Below, one piece after another: positions 58,386 through 64,000 of a DNA stretch of 64,000 nt. Position numbers and translations under genes: made by a program. The number at the start of each line of letters is the position of its first letter. Within the stretch, counting starts at the first letter, position 1. The stretch comes from Hyphomicrobiales bacterium (GTDB lineage Bacteria; Eisenbacteria; RBG-16-71-46; SZUA-252), in NCBI GenBank assembly GCA_050257555.1, contig JBLMXB010000029.1, positions 7,174 to 71,173 on the forward strand, in the 5' to 3' direction. The notes beneath the pieces were generated by a model. It searched no databases. It was not told the DNA's origin and saw nothing but the letters and a program-made list of their open reading frames with translations.

Positions 58386-59252
58386 TCAATGGGCCCCCAG
58401 CACGAGGAGGAAGAGCCCCGTCGTGAGGAGCACCTGACCGGTTCCGAGCGACGTCCCCGCGAGCCGGTCGAAGTGCGTCGTGCGGTCGTAGTAGTACGGG
58501 ATCCGGTCCGGGTCCGACGACGTCTCGTACCGCGCGTACCAGCGATCGGCCTCCTTCCTTAGGAGCGCGGCCGAGCCGGTGAGCGCGGCCCCCACCCCGA
58601 TCACCGCGATCGAGACCCAGCGCTTCTTGAGGAGCGGCGGCGCGCGGGGCGGCGGCGGCGGCAGGTGCGGGGCGACGCGCCGGAGGGAGACCGTGACCGG
58701 TCCGGCGTCCGCGCTCGCGAGCTCGAGGAGCTCGGTGCCCGCGACGGTGGTGTCCGCGTGCTCCGGCGCCTCGAGGCGGAGCGCGCGCCGCTCGAGCCAG
58801 CCCGGGCGGAGCGAGAGCGGCGTGACGCCGACGAGCGAATCGCCGGGCGCGCCGCCGCCCGCCGAACCGCCGGCGCGGCTCCAGATCGAGGCGGGCTCCG
58901 GGTCGCTCCGGAGGAGGACCGACGGGCGGAGGTCAAGGACGACCGTGCGCGCGTCGCCCGGCGCCGGCGTGACGATCGCGGCGTCGCGTCCCGTGTCGAA
59001 GACGCGCGGATCCTCGGGGATCGCCTGGACGCGGATCGGCTTCGCGGCGACCCAGAGCGGCCCGACCGGCGACCGTCCCGCCTTCACGCCGTCGATGAGG
59101 ACGAGGAGCCCCGGCGGGAGCGTCTCGACCCGCAGCGTCGCGGTGGCGGAGTCGGCCCGGGCCACGTCGGGCTGGATCGGGGAGCCCGCGAAGGCGCGCG
59201 CTCCCCCGAGGCACGGAGCCGCCGCCACGAGCGCGGCCGCTCCGAGTCGCAA
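58386..59252 (-). CDS. PEGA-domain protein with C-terminal membrane anchor
   Basis: 288 aa ORF with a TTG start at 59252 and a signal peptide. The PEGA-like segments are LRVETLPPGLLVLIDGVKAGRSPVG and LLRSDPEPASIW…LVGVTPLSL. A Pro-rich spacer precedes TM helices (WVSIAVIGVGAALTGSAALL; VLLTTGLFLLVLG). Confidence 0.6.
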   Translation of the reverse strand: MRLGAAALVAAAPCLGGARAFAGSPIQPDVARADSATATLRVETLPPGLLVLIDGVKAGRSPVGPLWVAAKPIRVQAIPEDPRVFDTGRDAAIVTPAPGDARTVVLDLRPSVLLRSDPEPASIWSRAGGSAGGGAPGDSLVGVTPLSLRPGWLERRALRLEAPEHADTTVAGTELLELASADAGPVTVSLRRVAPHLPPPPPRAPPLLKKRWVSIAVIGVGAALTGSAALLRKEADRWYARYETSSDPDRIPYYYDRTTHFDRLAGTSLGTGQVLLTTGLFLLVLGAH

Positions 59253-59280
59253 GGCCCGTCCGTAGGCCGGACGCTTCGTC

Positions 59281-62088
59281 CTAGTAGTCGAATCCGATGT
59301 AGAACTCCCGGTGCCAGCCCGGCTCGACCGTATGGAAATTGGTCCGTCTCGCGAAATCGTACCGCAGCACGAGGTAGCCGCCGAGGCTCATGCGGAGCCC
59401 GACCCCGAAGCTCCCCTTCGGCTTCGGGATGCTCTCGAACTTCTCCCAGGCGTTTCCCGCGTCCACGAACGTCGCGCCCTCGAGCCCCGGAAGCTGCAGG
59501 CCGCGGAACGGGACGCCGAGGGTCAGGTTCTCGAAGAGGGGGAAGCGGTACTCCGCGTTCGCGAGATAGACGCGGGTGCCGTAGATGCTCCGGCGCTCGT
59601 AGCCGCGGAGCGAATGCGTGCCGCCCATCACGAACCGCTCGGGGTCGGCGCCGTTCGACATCCGCCCTTGGAGCCGGACCGCGAAGCTGGTCCACTGGCT
59701 CACGCGGAAGTAGCGCCGGAGATCGGCGCTCAGCGTCAGGTTCTCGGCGCGCCCCGTGTTCCAGTTCGTCGTCAGCATGGTCGTCAGGTTGTAGCGGGAA
59801 CCGTCGCGCGGCCCCGTCGCGAACCAGAGCGTGTTGTCGCGGATCAGGGAGATCGAGTGGCTGGTGAGGAATCCCTCGCGGAGCGTCCCGTCCTCCCGCT
59901 CCTTCTGATCGTAGAACGCCTGGGCCGTCCCCTCGATCCGGCTGTAGCGCGAGAACGGGTACGATGCGACGAGCGATCCGCCGGCCCGCCGCTCGAAGTA
60001 GTCGAAGCCGAGCGCGTCGATGTAGTCCCCCGCCAGGTGGAACCCGCCGACGCCGTAGTTCCAGCGGTGCTGCCGGTTCACGAACCAGAGGCCGGCGTTC
60101 ATGCGCGAGAGGATGTCGCCGGCGGTCTGGGCGGTGTTCCCCACCTCGAACACGTACGTCTTGTTCCCGAGCAGGTCGCTGAACGCGCCGACCACGCCCT
60201 CGCCCAGGTTCTCGTTCGGGTTGAAGGAGAGCCCGCCGGAGACGAGGTCGAGCCCGTACCGCGGCTCGTACGGCTCGGGCTTCTCCTGCGACTTCGCGAG
60301 CGCCTCCTCCCAGCCCCAGCGCGGCGGGTTCGACTCGAGCACCAGGGAGAAGGAGTCGGCCTCGGCCGGCGCGTCGGACACGGACATCTGGTAGATCCCG
60401 AAGCCCTGCTTCCGGAATCCGGTGAAGAGGAGGCTCTTTCCGTCGGGCGTCCACGCCGGGTCGAGGGCCGTGCCGAGGAGCCGGCCGACGCGCGCCCCCT
60501 CCCCGTTCGGGTCGACGGCGTAGAGGTTGAAGCCGCCGTCCCGGTCGGACGCGAACGCGATCCGCTTCCCGTCCGGGGACCACGTCGGCGACTGGTCGAT
60601 CCAGGGACCGCACGTGAGGTACCGGATCTCGCCGCTCTCGAGCGTGAGGAGGAAGAGGTTCAGGTGTCCGTCCTCGCCGTACCGCGTGCGGTCCGACGAG
60701 AAGACGATCTCCTTCCCGTCGGGCGACCAGGAGGGATCGTTGTCGGTGTAGTCGTCGTTCGTGAGCCGCGTCACGGTGTCGGTGCCGGGCTCGAAGACGT
60801 AGAGATCCGACCGCCCCGCCGGAGTCACGCCGGAGAACGCGATCTTGGATCCGTCGTGCGACCAGGCCGGCGACGCGAGCGACACGAGCCCCTCGAAGTG
60901 GCGCTTCAGCGTGATGTCCTTCGTCGCGAGGTCCATCACGAAGAGCGCGTCGCTCCCGTTCCACTTGGAGACGAACGCGACCTCGCCGGCGCGCGAGACG
61001 TCGATCCGGCTCTGGAAGGGATGGAACGACTCGAACTGCGCGGTGCGCTGGCCCCGGACCACCGACTTCACGTCGCGCTCGCGCCCCTCGTAGGAGGCGC
61101 TGTAGATGTTCGTGTAGCCGCTCCGCGCGGAGAGGAAGAGGTAGCGGTCGCCGCCCAGGATCGTCGAGTCGGGCACGGCGACCGGCTTCAGGTTCACGCC
61201 CTGCGAGACGGCCCGCTCCTGCGCGGCGAGGGTGAGCGACACGTGGTCCTTCACGTCCGGGAAGTACTTCCGCTTCAGCGCGTAGATCCAGTCCTCCGAC
61301 AGGCGCCGGGTCGGCGTGCCGGTGACGCGCGCGAGGAGCTTGTCGAACCGGTCCTCCTTGTAGATGTCCGTGTAGAGCCGGCGGAGGGCGTCCTGACCGT
61401 ACGTCTCGCCGATGTACTGGCAGAGCGACTGGCCGAGCTTGTAGATCGTGAACGTCCCGTCGTACCGCCAGAGCTCGCTGATCGGCGGGATCTGTCCCTC
61501 GAGCACCATGTCGGAGAGGACCATGGTCCCCTGCGCGTCCCACTCCGACGACCAGTACTCGGCGAGACCCTCCGAGAACCAGAGCGGCGGGATCAGGTAC
61601 GTGCTCCGGCGGTGCTCCTTGTAGACCTGGTCGAGGATGTCGAACTGGAACACGTGCACCATCTCGTGATGGATCACGTGCCGGAATTCCGCGTACGACC
61701 CGGTGTACGGCAGGACGACCCGCCCCTTCAGGTACTCCGTGAACCCCTGCACGCCCTCCGGCATCGAGTACGGGCTCACGTTGTTCTGCTCGAAGTGGAC
61801 GTGGGAGGCGAAGACGATCATCGGCACGGAGTGCTTCACCTGGTGCTGGAACTTCACGGCCAGGTCCGCGTAGCTCTCCTCGGCGAGCGTGAGCGCGAGC
61901 CGCGCGAGCGGCTCCTCCTCGGGGTAGTAGAAGATCTCGACGTGCTCGCCGCGGAGGGTGAGCCAGTCGAACGATTCGTACTGCACCTTGTTCTTGCCGA
62001 AGGCGTAGTACTGCGCGGCGGCGGGCGTGGCCACGGCGAGGAGACCCACCGCGAGGAGACCGACGAGGTGCTGGATCGTTTTCTTCAT
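59281..62088 (-). CDS. Giant outer-membrane protein B (paralog of A): HExxH peptidase-like domain + TolB/PD40-like beta-propeller + Omp85-type beta-barrel
   Basis: 935 aa ORF. It has a signal peptide (MKKTIQHLVGLLAVGLLAVATPAAA), HHEMVHVF plus SEGLAEYWS, repeated PAWSHDGSKIAF / PSWSPDGKEIVF / PTWSPDGKRIAF / PAWTPDGKSLLF, a C-terminal barrel (SLRGYERRSIYG, AEYRFPL, FVDAGNAW, GVGLRMSLGGYLVLRYDF) and a terminal Y. Confidence 0.82.
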   Translation of the reverse strand: MKKTIQHLVGLLAVGLLAVATPAAAQYYAFGKNKVQYESFDWLTLRGEHVEIFYYPEEEPLARLALTLAEESYADLAVKFQHQVKHSVPMIVFASHVHFEQNNVSPYSMPEGVQGFTEYLKGRVVLPYTGSYAEFRHVIHHEMVHVFQFDILDQVYKEHRRSTYLIPPLWFSEGLAEYWSSEWDAQGTMVLSDMVLEGQIPPISELWRYDGTFTIYKLGQSLCQYIGETYGQDALRRLYTDIYKEDRFDKLLARVTGTPTRRLSEDWIYALKRKYFPDVKDHVSLTLAAQERAVSQGVNLKPVAVPDSTILGGDRYLFLSARSGYTNIYSASYEGRERDVKSVVRGQRTAQFESFHPFQSRIDVSRAGEVAFVSKWNGSDALFVMDLATKDITLKRHFEGLVSLASPAWSHDGSKIAFSGVTPAGRSDLYVFEPGTDTVTRLTNDDYTDNDPSWSPDGKEIVFSSDRTRYGEDGHLNLFLLTLESGEIRYLTCGPWIDQSPTWSPDGKRIAFASDRDGGFNLYAVDPNGEGARVGRLLGTALDPAWTPDGKSLLFTGFRKQGFGIYQMSVSDAPAEADSFSLVLESNPPRWGWEEALAKSQEKPEPYEPRYGLDLVSGGLSFNPNENLGEGVVGAFSDLLGNKTYVFEVGNTAQTAGDILSRMNAGLWFVNRQHRWNYGVGGFHLAGDYIDALGFDYFERRAGGSLVASYPFSRYSRIEGTAQAFYDQKEREDGTLREGFLTSHSISLIRDNTLWFATGPRDGSRYNLTTMLTTNWNTGRAENLTLSADLRRYFRVSQWTSFAVRLQGRMSNGADPERFVMGGTHSLRGYERRSIYGTRVYLANAEYRFPLFENLTLGVPFRGLQLPGLEGATFVDAGNAWEKFESIPKPKGSFGVGLRMSLGGYLVLRYDFARRTNFHTVEPGWHREFYIGFDY

Positions 62089-62150
62089 TCAGAGCGGCCT
62101 TCGGATGAGTCCGCCCGGCGAGACGACGACAGGGAGGGTACGTGCATACA

Positions 62151-62179
62151 ATTGTACCAACGGCGCGCTCGAACGACAA
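62151..62179 (-). promoter_or_regulatory. Sigma-70-type promoter candidate for the OMP B/PEGA/lipoprotein unit, with the -10 inside a 10-bp palindrome
   Basis: The minus strand reads TTGTCG-N17-TACAAT, about 63 nt upstream of the ATG at 62088. The -10 is part of the perfect palindrome TACAATTGTA (62147-62156), which is conspicuously AT-rich for this window. Confidence 0.5.
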
Positions 62180-62200
62180 GCGGAGAGCGCCCGGAACCCC

Positions 62201-63853
62201 CTACTTTTCCAGCATTTCGCGCGTCCCGGCCACCCAGACGCCGCGCACCCGGACCCGATGCCACGATTCGACCGGCGTGGCGGCGAGATCGTGGTCGAAT
62301 AGAGCCACGTCGGCCCCGTATCCGGGCGCGAGACGCCCGAGCGGGGTCCTCCAGCCGGCCAGGAGGTGCGGCGTCTCGAGGTGCGCGCGGAGCGCCTGGG
62401 CCAGCGTGAGCCGCTGCTCGGGGTGGAACGCGCGCTCCTCCCCGTCGCCGCCGGCGCGCCTGAGGAGCGCGGCCTGGAGCGCGAGCAAGGGACCCGCGCG
62501 GTCGAACGGCGCGTCCGAGCCGAGCGCGAGGCGGGCGCCCGCGCCGAGGAGCCGGCGGTACGCGTACGAACGCTCGGTGCGCGCGCCCCAGTGGCGCCGC
62601 GCCACGTCGCGGTCGGTGACGAGGTGGATCGGCTGGACGGACGCCACGGCGCCGAGCGCGCGGAAGCGCTCGAGGTCCGCGACGCCCGCGAGCTGCACGT
62701 GCTCGACGCGCGGCGGGTACGGGTACGCGCGCCCGCGTCCGAGCGGCGTCGCGATCGCGTCGAGCGCGTGGCGCACCGCGCGGTCGCCGATCGCGTGGAT
62801 CGCCACGGAGAGCCCGCTCTCGGCGGCGCGATCGCACGCGATCGCCATCGCCTCGCGGCTCGTCACCTCGATCCCCGCCGCGTCGCTCCCCTCGTACGGG
62901 GCGTCGAGGAGCGCCGTCGCGGAGCCGAGCGTTCCGTCGGCGAACATCTTCACGGGTCCGATCCGGAGCCGCTCGCTCCCCGCGCCGCTCCGCAAACCGA
63001 GGGCGGCGGCGTGCTCGAGCGACGCCACCGGAACCGAGAGGAGGAGCCGGAAGCCGAGATCGCCATCGCGGTCGAGGTCGTGCGCGGCGCGCCACGTCGT
63101 CGCGCGATCGAAATCGTGCGCGCTCGTGATCCCGAGCCCGCGCGCGCGCGCGAACGCGCGCCGGAGCGTGTCGCGCGGGTCCTCCCCGTGGTCCACGCGC
63201 GACCGGATCAGGTTCGCGGCGTCCTCGATCAGGACGCCGGTCAGCACGCCGTCGCGATCGCGCTCGATGACGCCGCCCGAGGGCGCCACCGTGCGCTCGT
63301 CGATGCCGGCGCGCGCGAGCGCGGCGCCGTTCGCCCAGACGGAGTGGCCGTCGACGGCGTAGAGGACGAGCGGCCGGTCGGGCGCGATCCGGTCGAGGGT
63401 CGCGCGCCCGCGCCGCCCGAGCGGCCACTCGCGCGGCACCCAGCCGCGGAGCACGATCCAGCCGCCGCCGCGCGCGGCGGGCGAGCGCGTCGCCGCGGCG
63501 CGCTCGATCGCCTCGGGCGTCTGCGCCTCGATCCACGGCTGGTCGAGCGCCCGCACCCATGTCACGAGGTGGATGTGCGCGTCCGTGAACCCGGGCGTGA
63601 GCGTACCGCCCTTGAGGTCGACCGGCTCCGCGGTGCGGCCCGCGCGCCGCCGGAGAAGGGAGAGCGGCCCGACGGCGGCGATGCGGTCCCCCTTCACCCA
63701 GACCGCCTCCTTCGGCGCGCGCGGCGCCCCTTCGCCCGGACGGGGGAGCCGCACGGCGCGCGCGGCGTCGAGGAGGCGGCCGTTCCAGAAGAGGGTCTCG
63801 CCCGCGGCGCGCGAGCGGGGCCGCGGCGCCTCGCGGCGCGCCGGGGCGGTCAT
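62201..63853 (-). CDS. Amidohydrolase-family metal-dependent hydrolase (YtcJ/Amidohydro_3-like)
   Basis: 550 aa ORF with FTDAHIHL (HxH metal site), AIHAIGD and GSDAP motifs. Confidence 0.8.
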   Translation of the reverse strand: MTAPARREAPRPRSRAAGETLFWNGRLLDAARAVRLPRPGEGAPRAPKEAVWVKGDRIAAVGPLSLLRRRAGRTAEPVDLKGGTLTPGFTDAHIHLVTWVRALDQPWIEAQTPEAIERAAATRSPAARGGGWIVLRGWVPREWPLGRRGRATLDRIAPDRPLVLYAVDGHSVWANGAALARAGIDERTVAPSGGVIERDRDGVLTGVLIEDAANLIRSRVDHGEDPRDTLRRAFARARGLGITSAHDFDRATTWRAAHDLDRDGDLGFRLLLSVPVASLEHAAALGLRSGAGSERLRIGPVKMFADGTLGSATALLDAPYEGSDAAGIEVTSREAMAIACDRAAESGLSVAIHAIGDRAVRHALDAIATPLGRGRAYPYPPRVEHVQLAGVADLERFRALGAVASVQPIHLVTDRDVARRHWGARTERSYAYRRLLGAGARLALGSDAPFDRAGPLLALQAALLRRAGGDGEERAFHPEQRLTLAQALRAHLETPHLLAGWRTPLGRLAPGYGADVALFDHDLAATPVESWHRVRVRGVWVAGTREMLEK

Positions 63854-64000
63854 CGCTTCCCTCCCGTCTCCGCGGCCAGCCAGGCGAAGTACGGCGCGTG
63901 CCCCCCGACCACCGGGATCACGAGGATCTCCGGGACGCGGTCGGGATGGGACGCCCGGATCGCCCGCACGGCGGCCGCGGCCTTCGCGGCCGTCGTCTTC
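63850..64000 (-). CDS. 3' end of an unidentified protein gene running off the right edge
   Basis: Not in the ORF track. The reverse-strand frame reads …KTTAAKAAAAVRAIRASHPDRVPEILVIPVVGGHAPYFAWLAAETGGKR-stop. Its TGA overlaps the amidohydrolase ATG (ATGA), consistent with the packing style of the window. Confidence 0.4.
   Translation of the reverse strand, partial: KTTAAKAAAAVRAIRASHPDRVPEILVIPVVGGHAPYFAWLAAETGGKR

Overview
High-GC (about 70% or more by eye, not computed) bacterial chromosomal window with extreme strand bias. I support 51 protein genes on the minus strand and one (pgeF/yfiH-like) on the plus strand. They are tightly packed, with many 4-nt start/stop overlaps. I recognised no rRNA, tRNA, CRISPR array, transposase or integrase.

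Content in the direction of transcription (right to left):
- Partial unknown CDS and an amidohydrolase.
- A ~10.9 kb envelope block. Two paralogous giant outer-membrane proteins (HExxH peptidase-like domain + TolB-like beta-propeller + Omp85-type barrel, no POTRA) bracket a PEGA-domain protein, a beta-propeller lipoprotein, a sigma-54-driven small helical protein, an AlaX-type editing protein and a PAP2 phosphatase.
- pgeF on the plus strand, then a LolB-like/LolA-like pair.
- CN-hydrolase, orphan histidine kinase, cca, polyprenyl synthase, rsfS, argS and a PfkB kinase.
- A sigma-54-driven operon: HD-GYP, purM and a PspF-like activator.
- Oxidoreductase, lnt, ecfT-like, truA and htrA.
- purB-purL-purQ-(tandem PurS-like)-purF.
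- An orphan GspE/PilB-type ATPase with an MshEN-type c-di-GMP motif and a C-terminal double zinc ribbon, behind a third sigma-54 promoter.
- lysS and lolCE-lolD.
- mcsA-mcsB-clpC joined head-to-tail to a bamA-skp-lpxD-lpxC/fabZ-lpxA-oxidoreductase-lpxB-waaA-lpxK-nadB-x-msbA-GT9 outer-membrane/lipid A supercluster.

The LpxC-FabZ fusion suggests an FCB-group/Gemmatimonadota-like diderm (inference only). The long plus-strand ORFs in the track are Arg/Pro/Gly/Ala-rich antisense artefacts of GC content.

Most interesting:
1. The paralogous peptidase-propeller-Omp85 envelope block.
2. Three near-consensus sigma-54 promoters that tie this block to an HD-GYP phosphodiesterase operon and a putative c-di-GMP-binding ATPase.
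3. A membrane sensor module shared by the HD-GYP protein and the histidine kinase.
4. Conserved N-termini of lnt, lpxB and a lipoprotein that precede any canonical start codon.
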